A DNA stretch of 64,000 bases from an uncultured Coxiellaceae bacterium (lineage in GTDB: Bacteria > Myxococcota_A > Polyangia > Polyangiales > Houyiibacteriaceae): NCBI GenBank assembly GCA_964194675.1, contig CAXMND010000179.1:192-64191 (forward strand), given 5' to 3'. Under the pieces are notes generated by a model. The model was not told where the DNA came from. It worked only from the letters and a program-made list of their open reading frames with translations, and made no database searches. Positions within the stretch are counted from its first letter, which is position 1. Every line of letters begins with the position of its first letter. Shown piece by piece: positions 36,584-48,859 of this stretch. The position numbers and the translations under genes were made by a program.

Positions 36584-38583
36584 AGGCGCGCTCCAATCGA
36601 CGGCATCGATGGTTTCGCGCCAGGATTGCGATCCTGGGGGTCGGAGTTTTGTGCGTCGCGACCCTCGTGTTGGTGCGTGCGTTTCAGCTTCAAGTCGTCG
36701 GCGGGGATCAGTTGCGCGAGATGGCCGAAGGCCAGCATCTACGTCAGCTCCGCGTGTCGCCGCGACGCGGCGCGATCTACGACCGACACGGTGCCGAGCT
36801 AGCCGTAAGCGTAGATGTGGACAGCGTCTACGCCAATCCGCGCCGATTGCGCGCGATGGACCAGAACCCCAGGACGACAGCCCGACGCCTCGCCGCGGTG
36901 CTCGACGTCGACCCGAAACGGCTGGAGAAACGACTTGCAATGGATCGATACTTCGTGTGGATCGATCGCCACGTGACGCCGCACGAAGCGACCCGTATCG
37001 CGGATCTCGAAATTCCCGGCGTTGGCCTCACGACCGAGGCCCGCCGCTACTACCCGAACCGCCATCTCGCGGCGCACCTCATGGGCTTTGTCGACATCGA
37101 CGGCCGCGGCATCGAGGGAATCGAGCTGGCTTTTGAAAAGGAGCTTCGCGGTTCCGATCGGAGAGTCGAGGCGATTCGTGATCGTCGCGGTCAGGTGGTC
37201 TTTGCGGACGAGATGATCAGCGACATCTCGAGTCAAGGGCAAGATGTCGTCCTCACCATCGACAAAGCGATCCAACATATCGCGGAGCGTGAGCTCGCCC
37301 TCGGCGTGCGGACGTTCGAGGCGCGTGGTGGAAGTGTCGTGGTCATGGATCCGTCGACGGGAGAGATCCTGGCGCTTGCCAACTACCCACCGTTCAACCC
37401 GAACGAACCTTCCAAGCATCCGATGGCGCACCGGAGAAATCGCGCGGTGGTCGATCGGTTCGAGCCGGGATCGACGGTCAAACCTTTCACGATGGCTGCC
37501 GCTCTAGCTGCCGGCGCGGTGCGACCCAACCAATCGATCAACTGTGAGAATGGCGTGACACGGATCGGAGGTCGCCTCCTTCACGACGCCCACCCGTACG
37601 AGTGGCTCACGCCTACGCAGATCCTCGCGTACTCGAGCAACATCGGTACGGCGAAGATCGCGCTCATGTTGGGCAAGCGTGATCTCTACCGCTCATTCAG
37701 GAGGTTTGGTTTCGGGGAGTCTACGGGCCTCGACGTTCCCGGGGAGACCGCCGGTATCCTTCGTCACTACCGTGGCTGGTACGAGATCGACGTGGCGGCG
37801 GTGTCCTTCGGCCAAGGGATGAGCGTCACCAATGTGCAGCTCGCCACCGCGATGAGCGCCATGGCCAATGGTGGTCGGTTGATGCGGCCGACTCTGGTAC
37901 GACGGATCACCGACGGCGAAGGGGTCACGCTCGAGGAAACCAAACCGCAAGTCCGGCGTCAGGTGGTTCCTCGCCGCGTTGCAAAGCTGGTCGGAGAAAT
38001 GCTGACGGCGGTGACCGAGCCGGGCGGCACCGCGATAGAAGCCGCGGTGGACGGCTATCTCGTGGCGGGCAAGACCGGCACGGCCCAGAAAGCTGACTAC
38101 ATCCACGGCGGATATGCCAAAGACAAGTGGCTGGCATCGTTCATCGGTTTCGCACCAGCGGACAAGCCGGCGATCGTGATCTCCGTCGTGATCGACGAGC
38201 CGATCATCGCGCACTACGGGGGCACCGTGGCGGGCCCTGTCTTCCGACGGATTGCCGAGGTCGCACTCCGCCACATGGGGGTTGCGCCGGACCGCGGTCG
38301 TGCCGTTCTCGCAAAGATGAAGGAAAAGCCAGCGGCCGAACCAACCGCCAAGCCCGCGCCAACCGAGGCCATCGAGAAGGGTCAGAGCCGCGTTCCCGAC
38401 GTTCGCCGTCTGCCGCTTCGACGGGCTGTCGTCACACTACACGCCGAATCGCTCGTTCCTGAAGTCAGCGGCTCGGGTCTCGTCGTTCGGCAGGACCCGG
38501 CGCCTGGCACTGTCGTGTCCCATGGATCTATCGTGCGCACGTCTCTCGCTGCCGCGGTGCCTCGGAGGCCGCATGAGCCATGA
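36580..38583 (+). CDS. ftsI: Peptidoglycan D,D-transpeptidase FtsI (class B PBP)
   Basis: I trimmed the start to the GTG at 36580, which overlaps the ftsL stop (GTGA). A TM anchor is followed by the PBP dimerisation domain and the transpeptidase motifs 'STVKP' (SxxK), 'SSN' (SxN) and 'KTGTA' (KTG). Confidence 0.9.
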   Translation: MKARSNRRHRWFRARIAILGVGVLCVATLVLVRAFQLQVVGGDQLREMAEGQHLRQLRVSPRRGAIYDRHGAELAVSVDVDSVYANPRRLRAMDQNPRTTARRLAAVLDVDPKRLEKRLAMDRYFVWIDRHVTPHEATRIADLEIPGVGLTTEARRYYPNRHLAAHLMGFVDIDGRGIEGIELAFEKELRGSDRRVEAIRDRRGQVVFADEMISDISSQGQDVVLTIDKAIQHIAERELALGVRTFEARGGSVVVMDPSTGEILALANYPPFNPNEPSKHPMAHRRNRAVVDRFEPGSTVKPFTMAAALAAGAVRPNQSINCENGVTRIGGRLLHDAHPYEWLTPTQILAYSSNIGTAKIALMLGKRDLYRSFRRFGFGESTGLDVPGETAGILRHYRGWYEIDVAAVSFGQGMSVTNVQLATAMSAMANGGRLMRPTLVRRITDGEGVTLEETKPQVRRQVVPRRVAKLVGEMLTAVTEPGGTAIEAAVDGYLVAGKTGTAQKADYIHGGYAKDKWLASFIGFAPADKPAIVISVVIDEPIIAHYGGTVAGPVFRRIAEVALRHMGVAPDRGRAVLAKMKEKPAAEPTAKPAPTEAIEKGQSRVPDVRRLPLRRAVVTLHAESLVPEVSGSGLVVRQDPAPGTVVSHGSIVRTSLAAAVPRRPHEP

Positions 38584-38596
38584 GTCGGAGGTGGCC

Positions 38597-40098
<1,502 letters not shown>

Positions 40099-40099
<1 letters not shown>

Positions 40100-41508
40100 T
40101 GGCCACGGTGATTCCTCCGAACCAGGCCGGTTTCCAAAGCGCACAAGTCGTAGCCGCGACGGGCGGGAGTCTGAGCGGACCTTCGTGGGAGAGCGTGTTG
40201 GGCGTCGTGACCGACTCGCGGGCGGTGGCAGACGGCAATCTCTTCGTCGCGCTTCGTGGCGAGCACTTCGACGCCCGGGATTTCGCCGAGGGCGCCGCCG
40301 AAGCGGGCGCCACCGCGGTAGTGATCGAGCGAGGAACGACCCTGCCCGACCACATCAGCGTCATCCATGTCGAGGACACCCTCCGAGCTCTCGGAGATCT
40401 CGCGCGAGCACACCGACGCGCTTGGACGGGGACTGTCATCGGCATCACGGGCTCGGTGGGAAAAACCACCACCAAGGACCTGACGGCCGCCGCCCTCGAG
40501 GCCGACGGGCGCCAGGTCTTGAAGACCACGGGCAATCTCAACAATCGCATCGGTGTTCCCATGACCCTTCTTCAGCTCGATCCGAGCTTCGACACCGCTG
40601 TCGTCGAGATGGGCACGAACGAGCCGGGCGAGATTGCGCGCCTTACTGAAATCGTAGCACCCGATGTGGGAATCGTGACGGGCGTCACGTTGGCTCACAC
40701 CGAAGGTCTCGGCTCCGTCGAAGCGGTAGCGGACGAAAAGATGGCGCTCCTCCGAGGGCTCGGGCCAGACGGCGTGGCGGTGACCTGCGGAGACGACGGC
40801 GCGCTCAAAAAACGAGTGGCCGTCGTCGATGCCCACCGAAAACTCTCTTACGGACGCGCCGTCGAGAACGACGTTCGAATCCTCGGCTGGGAAGTCGATG
40901 GATGCCATACCCGCGCCAGCTTGCAGGTACGGGGTCAGACCGCTGAGCTCGCGCTCCGACTGTTGGGGGGGGGTGCGGTGCTCAACGCCGCCGGAGCGCT
41001 CGCGATCGCGTTCGGTCTCGGGCTCTCGATCGAAAAAGCGGTTCGCGGCATGGCGACCGTCGAGCCGTCCGAAGGGCGCCTCTATCCAAGGTCCGGCAGG
41101 GGGGGGCGATTGATCATCGACGACACGTACAACGCGAACCCGGCTTCGGTTGAAGTTGCCGTTTCGACGGCCCGCGCGGTCGCAGATCAGCGCGGAGTGC
41201 CATTGGTCCTCGTCCTCGGAGACATGAAAGAGCTCGGCGCACACAGCGTGGATGCGCATCGAAAGGTCGGGGAGCTCGTGGCGGACTCCGATGCATTCCT
41301 CTTCATCGGTTGCGGAGACGCGATGCACGAAGGAGTCGACGCTGCAAACGCGCGTGGGACAGATACACTCTGGTTCGAGGATGCGGGTGCTTGTTCGCAG
41401 CTCTCGGACCGCTTGCCGCTCAATGCGGTCGTGCTGGTGAAGGGGTCGCGTTCGATGGCAATGGAACGCGCGATCGATCCGATGCTCGAGGAGGAGCCCC
41501 CTCGATGA
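40099..41508 (+). CDS. murF: UDP-N-acetylmuramoyl-tripeptide--D-alanyl-D-alanine ligase
   Basis: It contains 'GITGSVGKTTTK' and 'IIDDTYNANPASV'. The start overlaps the murE stop by 1 nt (TAATG). Confidence 0.9.
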
Positions 41509-42632
41509 TCTACTACCTCCTCTACCCGCTGCACACCCACGAGTCGTTGTCGTTTCTCAATGTACTCCGCTACCTGCCGTTTCGCTTCCTGGCGGCCACG
41601 ATGACCGCGCTCCTGCTGACGTTCGGTCTCTATCCATGGTTCATCCGCCGCCTACAACGAAGACAAATCAGCCAAGTCATTCGTGCGGACGGTCCCGAAA
41701 CCCATTTGTCCAAAGCGGGAACGCCCACGATGGGTGGCGCGCTCATGTTGCTTGCTCTGGTCCTGTCGACCGTCTTGTGGGCGGATCCGGCCAACTCGAT
41801 GGTCTGGGTCGTCATCCTTGTTACCGTGGCCTACGGGGTCGTGGGGTACATCGACGACGCTTCGAAGATCAGGACGCGTTCGACGGGGGGGCTTGCGGGC
41901 CGATACAAGTTGCTCCTGCAGTTCGCGACCGCCATCGCGGTCTGCGGGTGGCTCTTCTACGGTGAGGCGGGCCTTCCGAGCGATTGGCTAGAGATCCGCT
42001 ACCGACTCGCTGCACCGTTCTTTGCGTTCTCGAAGTACCCGTTCGAGCTGCCGCCATGGCTTTACGTCATCTTCGCGTCGATCGTGATCGTCGGGACGTC
42101 GAACGCCGTCAATCTCACAGATGGGCTCGATGGGCTGGCGATCGGGCCGGTGATGATCTCCGCGGGGACCTACGCGATTCTCGCCTATCTTGCGGGCTTG
42201 ACGCTGTTCGGGAACGTCGTCGCCGACTACCTCGACATCGCGCACATCGAGAGCGCCGGTGAGCTCAGCATCTTCGCGGCTTCCGTGGTTGGCGTGGGTT
42301 TCGGGTTCCTCTGGTACAACACCTATCCTGCCCAGGTCTTCATGGGCGACGTCGGCTCGCTGGCCCTCGGTGGGGGGCTCGGGGCACTTGCCGTTCTCAC
42401 AAAGAACGAGCTGCTGTCGTTGATCTTGTGCGGGATCTTCGTGGTCGAGGTCGTCAGCGTGATCCTTCAGGTTAGCTTTTTTCGGCTGACCGGCCGGCGC
42501 ATCTTCTTGATGGCGCCGATTCACCACCACTTCGAGAAGATGGGTTGGCCCGAGCCGCGGGTGATCGTTCGCTTCTGGATCATTGCAATCATGCTCGCCG
42601 TCGCGAGCCTAGCCACATTGAAGTTGAGGTGA
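41505..42632 (+). CDS. mraY: Phospho-N-acetylmuramoyl-pentapeptide transferase
   Basis: I trimmed the start to the ATG at 41505, which forms an ATGA overlap with murF. It contains 'KAGTPTMGG', 'NAVNLTDGLDGLA' and 'MAPIHHHFE'. Confidence 0.93.
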   Translation: MIYYLLYPLHTHESLSFLNVLRYLPFRFLAATMTALLLTFGLYPWFIRRLQRRQISQVIRADGPETHLSKAGTPTMGGALMLLALVLSTVLWADPANSMVWVVILVTVAYGVVGYIDDASKIRTRSTGGLAGRYKLLLQFATAIAVCGWLFYGEAGLPSDWLEIRYRLAAPFFAFSKYPFELPPWLYVIFASIVIVGTSNAVNLTDGLDGLAIGPVMISAGTYAILAYLAGLTLFGNVVADYLDIAHIESAGELSIFAASVVGVGFGFLWYNTYPAQVFMGDVGSLALGGGLGALAVLTKNELLSLILCGIFVVEVVSVILQVSFFRLTGRRIFLMAPIHHHFEKMGWPEPRVIVRFWIIAIMLAVASLATLKLR

Positions 42633-42634
42633 GC

Positions 42635-43987
42635 GTGGACCTCTCAGGGAAGAACACGATGGTCGTCGGGCTCGGGGAAACCGGGCTTGCGGTCGTCCGC
42701 TTCCTCCGAGCGCGCGGCGCCAAGGTTCGCGTCAACGATCAGCGTGACGCCGAAGCCCTAGGCGAGGCAGCCCGCGATGCCGAGGCTCTTGGCGCGGAGC
42801 TCGTGCTTGGCGGTCATTCCGACGGCGCTTTCGAGGACCTCGACCTGATCGTGGTTTCGCCCGGTGTGCCGCCCCTCGAGGCCCTCGACCGCGCCGAGGA
42901 ACGGGGAGCTCCGGTCATCAGCGAGATCGAGCTTGCTGCCCGGCACATCCGAGCCCAGATCGTCGCGATCACCGGTACGAATGGCAAGAGTACCGTCACC
43001 ACGTTGATCAGCGAGATGTGCCGCCGGGTCGGTCGCCCGATGTTCGTCGGCGGGAACCTGGGCCGTCCCATGATCGAAGCGATCGACACGGATGCTGCAT
43101 CCGCCAGGGGACTCGTCGTCGTCGAGCTCTCGAGCTTTCAACTGGAGCGGGTCTCGGAGTTCAAGGCGCACGTCGCGGTGCTTCTGAACGTGACCGACGA
43201 CCACCTGGACCGATATCCGTCCTTCGAGGCGTATGCCGCGGCGAAGGCCCGGATCTTCGAGCGACAAGACGTCGACGACTACGCGGTTCTCCCTGCGGAT
43301 GAGCCCGAGCTTCGGGAGCTCGTTCAAGGCGACGGGACGATCGTGCTCTTTGGAGGCCAAGCGGGGGATGTTCGCGTCGAGAAAGGCGTCCTCGTCGACG
43401 TGCAAACGTCGCTCCGAGTTCCCGTCGGCGACTTGCGCCTACGAGGATCCCACAACGTATCCAACGCCTGTGCGGCAGTCCTCGCGGCGCGGCTTCTCGG
43501 CGTCGGTGATGACGACATCTCCTCGGTGCTCCGTGACTTTGCTGGCCTCGCCCACCGTATGCAGTACGTTCGTGTCGTCAACGGTGTCGAATACATCGAC
43601 GACTCGAAGGCGACCAACGTCGGTGCTGCGGTGGCTTCGATTGAGGGCCTTGCGAAGTCCGGCGGCAAGGTGGTCCTCATCGCGGGCGGCGTGGACAAGG
43701 GCGGCAGCTACGAGCCGCTTCGGCAACGGATGGACGATCGGGGAAGGGCCGTCGTCGTCGTCGGGGACGCCGCACCGCTGATCGAAAAAGCATTCGCCGG
43801 TTCCGAGATCGCGCTCCGCAGCGCGCACACGATGGTCGACGCAGTGGCCGCGGCTGCCTCGCTGGCCAAATCGGGCGACACGGTTCTCTTGGCGCCGGCT
43901 TGCTCGAGCTTCGACATGTTCCGCTCGTACGCCGAACGTGGCGACGTATTTCAGCAAGCCGTGGCAACCCTTGGAGCGGCAAGATGA
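42635..43987 (+). CDS. murD: UDP-N-acetylmuramoylalanine--D-glutamate ligase
   Basis: I trimmed the start to the GTG at 42635. The ATG at 42659 is an alternative. It contains 'VVGLGETG', 'ITGTNGKSTV' and 'IDDSKATNV'. Confidence 0.9.
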   Translation: MDLSGKNTMVVGLGETGLAVVRFLRARGAKVRVNDQRDAEALGEAARDAEALGAELVLGGHSDGAFEDLDLIVVSPGVPPLEALDRAEERGAPVISEIELAARHIRAQIVAITGTNGKSTVTTLISEMCRRVGRPMFVGGNLGRPMIEAIDTDAASARGLVVVELSSFQLERVSEFKAHVAVLLNVTDDHLDRYPSFEAYAAAKARIFERQDVDDYAVLPADEPELRELVQGDGTIVLFGGQAGDVRVEKGVLVDVQTSLRVPVGDLRLRGSHNVSNACAAVLAARLLGVGDDDISSVLRDFAGLAHRMQYVRVVNGVEYIDDSKATNVGAAVASIEGLAKSGGKVVLIAGGVDKGGSYEPLRQRMDDRGRAVVVVGDAAPLIEKAFAGSEIALRSAHTMVDAVAAAASLAKSGDTVLLAPACSSFDMFRSYAERGDVFQQAVATLGAAR

Positions 43988-45180
43988 GTCCGTCTTCGAA
44001 GTCGCCGCCGATGAAACCAGGGTCGATCGACGTGTCGCTCGCCGCGACCCTCGTGGGCTTGATCGCTTTCGGCGTCGTGATGGTCTACAGCGCGAGCGCC
44101 GTCTACGCGGACCGCATGTATGGAGACGGCACCCACTTCTTGATTCGGCAGACGATTTTTTCCGCAGTTGCCTTCGTGGTGCTGGCCGCCACGAGCCGCA
44201 TCGACATCACGCTCTTGAGGCGGTTTACCTATCCGGTCCTGCTCGTCGCGGTGGTGCTCATGGTGGCCGTGGCCCTAGGTTTCGGTCGAAGCGCCGGGGG
44301 AGCCACGCGGTGGCTTCGCGTTGGGCCGGTCAATATGCAGCCCGCCGAGCTTGCCAAGCTCGCGATGGTCTTGTGGTTGGCGCACTCTCTCGCCAAGAAA
44401 GCCCATCGCGTTCGGACCTTCTCGATCGGTTTCCTGCCACACGTGCTCGTCATGGGCTTGCTGATGTTGTTGTGTCTGGCGCAGCCGGACTTCGGTAGCG
44501 CAGTCATGATCGCGCTTCTGACCTTCGTCGTGCTATTCGCCGCAGGGGCGAAAGCAGGATACCTGCTCGGGGGCGTGCTGGTGGCGCTCCCGATCGGCTA
44601 CGCGGCGATCGCGTCGTCTCCGTATCGGATGCGCCGCATCACGGCGTTCCTCGAGCCGTTCGAGCATCGCCAAGGGGCTGGCTATCAAATCACCGAGTCG
44701 TTGATGAGCTTCGGTTCTGGAGGTTGGACTGGGGTGGGGCTAGGCGACGGCCGTCAGAAGCTCCTCTTCCTTCCAGAGGCGCACACCGATTTCGTGAGTG
44801 CGATCGTCGGTGAAGAGCTCGGCTTTCTCGGAGTGGCGACGCTCTGCCTGGCGTTTGTGTGGGTGGTTCTCCGCGGGCTTCGCGCGGCGTGGCGCAGTCA
44901 TGACGAGTACGCGAGCTATCTCGCGGCTGGCATGACCCTCTTCATCGGGCTTCAGGCTTTTACGAACCTCGCCGTTGCGATGGGGCTCTTGCCTACTAAG
45001 GGCCTGGCGCTTCCGTTCGTCAGCTACGGCGGTTCGTCTCTGCTGGTCAACGCGGCGGCCGCGGGGCTCATTCTCAACGTTTCGCGCTACGCCGTCGAAC
45101 CTGCCGAAGAAGCAGCGAAAAGTGTCAAGAGAAAGAAAATGAAACCGCGGATGCGAATGGCCGAGGGAGGTGCACGATGA
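43984..45180 (+). CDS. ftsW: SEDS-family peptidoglycan glycosyltransferase FtsW
   Basis: I trimmed the start to the ATG at 43984, which forms an ATGA overlap with murD. It has 10 TM segments and contains 'QPAELAKL', 'QPDFGSA' and 'LPFVSYGGSS'. Confidence 0.9.
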   Translation: MSPSSKSPPMKPGSIDVSLAATLVGLIAFGVVMVYSASAVYADRMYGDGTHFLIRQTIFSAVAFVVLAATSRIDITLLRRFTYPVLLVAVVLMVAVALGFGRSAGGATRWLRVGPVNMQPAELAKLAMVLWLAHSLAKKAHRVRTFSIGFLPHVLVMGLLMLLCLAQPDFGSAVMIALLTFVVLFAAGAKAGYLLGGVLVALPIGYAAIASSPYRMRRITAFLEPFEHRQGAGYQITESLMSFGSGGWTGVGLGDGRQKLLFLPEAHTDFVSAIVGEELGFLGVATLCLAFVWVVLRGLRAAWRSHDEYASYLAAGMTLFIGLQAFTNLAVAMGLLPTKGLALPFVSYGGSSLLVNAAAAGLILNVSRYAVEPAEEAAKSVKRKKMKPRMRMAEGGAR

Positions 45181-46451
45181 TCGAACGTATCATGGTTGCC
45201 GGCGGCGGCACGGGGGGACACCTTTTCCCGGGCCTTGCAGTCATCGAAGAGCTACGGCGACGGATTCCCAGCCTCGAGGTGAGGTTCGTGGGGACGGCAC
45301 GCGGGATCGAAGCACGCATTCTACCGGTGCGCGGAGAGTCGCTCGATATTCTGGAGGTTACCCCTCTAAAAGGGCAGAGTCTTGGCGCTCGATTCACCAG
45401 CCTCGCCCGAATCCCGGGCGCCATGATGGAGGCATCGTCGTTGATCCGAAGCTTCCGGCCTGATCTCGTCCTCGGTGTCGGCGGCTACGCGTCGGGGCCC
45501 GTGCTGCTTGCGGCTTCGTTGACCGGGCATCCGACGGCGCTGCTCGAGCAAAACGCTCACGTAGGTATGACGAATCGGATCCTCTCCCGCTTCGTCGACC
45601 GCGCTTACATCACGTTTGACCACACTGCCGAGGTGTTCGGCGAAAAGAAGTCGCGACTTACAGGGAACCCCGTGAGACGGGAGTTCGTCGAGCATGCACG
45701 CCGAGCACTTGCTGATCCCGAAGGCTTCGAGTCCCGGGCGCGTACGGTCCTGGTGCTGGGCGGCTCGCAAGGTGCCCGTAAGCTCAACGAGGACGTCCCG
45801 AGAGCACTCGCACAGGCCGGCCTCGCCGAGCGTGATCTCCGCGTCCTGCACCAGACCGGCGAAACGATGCGCGACGAGGTCGAAAAAACCTACGAAGATT
45901 TGGGAATCGATGCCGAGGTCGTTACGTTTATTGATGAAATGGCCAGGGCTTTTTCCAATGCGGCGCTGGTGATCGCTCGCGCAGGCGCCACGACGCTCGC
46001 CGAGCTTTGCGCGATTGGACGCCCCTCGATCCTCGTGCCGTTCCCGTTTTCCGCTGACGATCATCAGGCGAAAAACGCCGCTGCCCTCGAGGAGCAAGGG
46101 GCTACGATCTGCGTTCGCGAATCCGAGCTCGAGGTAGACGCCCTTGGTACGCTAGTGGCCGGGCTCTTGGACGACCCGGCGAAGCGTCAGGCCATGTCGC
46201 TCGCGACTCGTGAGCACGGGCGGCCGGATGCAGCGGCGACGATCGTCGATGACATGATCGGATGGCTCGGCGGGGCGCAGCCACGCGGGGAGAGTCCCGT
46301 TCCCCCCGCGAGCGACCCCCCCATCGGCACGCACCAAAGCGGGCTCGGGCCGGCGCCGATGCTTCGCCTCGGCTATGGTGAGGGCGCCCTTCGAACGGCC
46401 ACCTCGCGGCCGCGGCGCCCGGTTGTCGTCGATGGGGCCGTGTGGGAGTAG
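45177..46451 (+). CDS. murG: Undecaprenyldiphospho-muramoylpentapeptide beta-N-acetylglucosaminyltransferase
   Basis: It contains 'GGGTGGHLFPGLAV', 'ARAGATTLAEL' and 'DDHQAKNA'. A ~60-aa Pro/Gly/Arg-rich C-terminal tail extends beyond typical MurG length. Confidence 0.9.
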   Translation: MIERIMVAGGGTGGHLFPGLAVIEELRRRIPSLEVRFVGTARGIEARILPVRGESLDILEVTPLKGQSLGARFTSLARIPGAMMEASSLIRSFRPDLVLGVGGYASGPVLLAASLTGHPTALLEQNAHVGMTNRILSRFVDRAYITFDHTAEVFGEKKSRLTGNPVRREFVEHARRALADPEGFESRARTVLVLGGSQGARKLNEDVPRALAQAGLAERDLRVLHQTGETMRDEVEKTYEDLGIDAEVVTFIDEMARAFSNAALVIARAGATTLAELCAIGRPSILVPFPFSADDHQAKNAAALEEQGATICVRESELEVDALGTLVAGLLDDPAKRQAMSLATREHGRPDAAATIVDDMIGWLGGAQPRGESPVPPASDPPIGTHQSGLGPAPMLRLGYGEGALRTATSRPRRPVVVDGAVWE

Positions 46452-46457
46452 GCGAGG

Positions 46458-47831
46458 ATGTTTCGAGGTCGAATTCGGTCGATTCACTTCGTTGGAGTCG
46501 GCGGCGTGGGAATGAGCGGCATTGCCGAAGTGCTGCTCGATTCGGGGTTCGAGGTCACCGGCTCCGATCTTCGCGAGAACGATTACACCCGACGTCTCAC
46601 CGATAAGGGCGCGAAGATCTTCGTGGGTCACGGGGCGGAGCAGGTCGCCGAGGCCGACGTCGTCGTGTTTTCTTCCGCCGTACCCGTGAACAATCCCGAG
46701 CTCGTGGCGGCACGACAGCGTGGCGTGCCGGTGATCCCCCGAGCCGAGATGCTCGGTGAGCTCATGCGCCTCAAGGACGGCATCGCGATCGCCGGTTCCC
46801 ACGGAAAGACGACGACCACTTCCTTAGTAGCGACAGTGCTCCGAGGCGCAGGGCTCGATCCCACGGTCGTCATCGGCGGCAAGCTCAACGCTCTTGGCTC
46901 GGGCGCTGCGATGGGTGCCGGTGACTTGCTCGTTGCCGAAGCCGACGAATCCGACGGTTCGTTTCTGCACCTGATTCCGGCTGTCGCCGTGATCACCAAT
47001 ATCAATCCCGAACATCTCGATCACTATGGAAGTCTCGATGGAGTAAAAGAGGCCTTCGTCGGCTTCGCCAATCGGGTTCCTTTCTACGGTGTGGTCATCG
47101 CCTGCCACGACCATCCGAACGTTCAAGACATCCTCCCGCGAATCGACAAGCGCATCGTGACGTACGGCTTTTCGGCGCAGGCGGACTACCGCGCGCGCAA
47201 CCCGGTGTTCTCTGGGCTCTCGGTCGGCTTTGATGTGGAGTATCGTGGCCAAAGCCTCGGCCAATTCGAAGTTCGCATGCCAGGGACGCACAACGTCTTG
47301 AACGCGCTTGCCACCATTGCGGTCGCCGACGAGCTGCGGGTCGACCGCGACCAGGTAAGGACGGCGCTTCGGACGTTCGAAGGGGTCCAACGGCGCTTTT
47401 CAATCGTTGGCGAGGCTGGTGGTGTCACCGTGATCGACGACTACGGACATCATCCTGCGGAGGTGGAGGTCACTCTCGAGGCCGCTCAGCGCGCCTATGG
47501 ACAGAGGTTGGTCGTCGCCTTTCAGCCTCACCGCTATACCCGTACGCGTGACCTCTTCGATGAGCTCACCCGAGCGTTCAATCTGGCTGATGTCCTATTC
47601 TTGACCGGTGTCTATGCAGCAGGCGAAAAACCGATCGAGGGGGCCGACGCGCGCCGGCTTGCCGAGGCGATTCGCGCGCACGGACATCGAGACGTGACGC
47701 TGGTAGAGGATAGGAACGAACTGGCAGAGGCAATCAGCGCCCGGGTGCAGCCTGGAGATGTGGTCATTACCCTCGGTGCCGGGGACATCACCCGGACCGG
47801 TCCAGAGCTCCTCGAGGTGCTCGGTTCATGA
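46458..47831 (+). CDS. murC: UDP-N-acetylmuramate--L-alanine ligase
   Basis: It contains '[15 protein letters not shown]', '[12 protein letters not shown]' and 'DDYGHHPAE'. Confidence 0.92.
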   Translation: MFRGRIRSIHFVGVGGVGMSGIAEVLLDSGFEVTGSDLRENDYTRRLTDKGAKIFVGHGAEQVAEADVVVFSSAVPVNNPELVAARQRGVPVIPRAEMLGELMRLKDGIAIAGSHGKTTTTSLVATVLRGAGLDPTVVIGGKLNALGSGAAMGAGDLLVAEADESDGSFLHLIPAVAVITNINPEHLDHYGSLDGVKEAFVGFANRVPFYGVVIACHDHPNVQDILPRIDKRIVTYGFSAQADYRARNPVFSGLSVGFDVEYRGQSLGQFEVRMPGTHNVLNALATIAVADELRVDRDQVRTALRTFEGVQRRFSIVGEAGGVTVIDDYGHHPAEVEVTLEAAQRAYGQRLVVAFQPHRYTRTRDLFDELTRAFNLADVLFLTGVYAAGEKPIEGADARRLAEAIRAHGHRDVTLVEDRNELAEAISARVQPGDVVITLGAGDITRTGPELLEVLGS

Positions 47832-48739
47832 ACCGTCCTCGTAAAACCGACGCGGCCACGGCCAGGCCACGCGCCCAGAATCGTCGCCGCCCGGCACCGA
47901 GGAGGGCCAAGCCCACCAAAGCCAAGCGGAGCGGGGGTGAGCGGATGACAGGCGCCCTCGATGGGGCTCTGGCCTGGGTTGCGCGGAGTCAGAGGCTACT
48001 ACGGCGCGTCGGTCAGGTCGCGCTGCTTGGTCTTGCGGTGGCCGCGGTGGTTTGGGTCGGTGATTACACGGTGCGATACGCCCGAACCGCGGACGCCTTT
48101 GCGATTCGAGAAATCGTGGTCTCGGGCAAACATCGCCTCGAAGAAATCGACGTCCGACGGGCTGCCGGCCTCCAAATAGGTTCAAATATTTTCGAGATTT
48201 CAATTGAAGAAGCTCGAAATCGTTTGCTTCTGCACCCATGGGTGAAGGAGGCATCCGTCGTACGCAGGCTCCCGAACCGTGTTCGCATCGAGTTGGTCGA
48301 GCGAAAACCCGTCGCGCTCGTGGCACTCGACCAGCTCTATTTGGTCAGCGAAGAGGGAGCCGTCTTCAAACGCCTCGGGGTCGATGATCCCGCCGACATG
48401 CCGGTCATCACCGGTATCGCTTCGGAGCGGTTCTACGACGATTTTGACTACCGCACGGCGGTCCTTCTACGCTCCATGGCTCTACTCCAAGACTATGAAG
48501 GCGCGGGCCTCTCCGAGGTCGAGCCGGTTTCTGAAATTCACTTCGAGGAATCCACCGGTATTGAGCTTTTCGTAGGCGACGACGGCATGCACGTACGCTT
48601 GGGGAATGGGCAACATCGGCAGAAGCTCCGTCGCCTCCGACAGGTCCTCGCGCGTCTCACTCAGGAAAAAGCAAGGCCTGCTTACGTATACCTCGACAAC
48701 GTTCGAAGCCCTGAGCGGGTCACCGTCCGACTGCACTGA
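47828..48739 (+). CDS. ftsQ: Cell division protein FtsQ/DivIB
   Basis: A basic N-terminal tail is followed by a TM helix and a POTRA-like region ('[19 protein letters not shown]'). It sits in the canonical position, with an ATGA overlap with murC. Confidence 0.8.
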   Translation: MNRPRKTDAATARPRAQNRRRPAPRRAKPTKAKRSGGERMTGALDGALAWVARSQRLLRRVGQVALLGLAVAAVVWVGDYTVRYARTADAFAIREIVVSGKHRLEEIDVRRAAGLQIGSNIFEISIEEARNRLLLHPWVKEASVVRRLPNRVRIELVERKPVALVALDQLYLVSEEGAVFKRLGVDDPADMPVITGIASERFYDDFDYRTAVLLRSMALLQDYEGAGLSEVEPVSEIHFEESTGIELFVGDDGMHVRLGNGQHRQKLRRLRQVLARLTQEKARPAYVYLDNVRSPERVTVRLH

Positions 48740-48742
48740 CGG

Positions 48743-48842
48743 AAAAAGGGCCCCAGGGTTGGGTTTGGGCGATCGGAAAGTGCATTCTAGCCCTTTTTTT
48801 TCTGCACGAAACTTGTCTCGTCAAATCCCCCTTGTGTATGGG
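48743..48842 (+). promoter_or_regulatory. Structured ftsQ-ftsA intergenic element (long-range stem plus T8 tract) and a candidate ftsAZ promoter
   Basis: AAAAAGGGC (48743-48751) is the exact reverse complement of GCCCTTTTT (48790-48798), and it is followed by a T-run, which is rare in this genome. Downstream lie TTGTCT (48813-48818), an 18-nt spacer and TATGGG (48837-48842). Confidence 0.35.
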
Positions 48843-48859
48843 TCAAACAGAGGCGAGGG

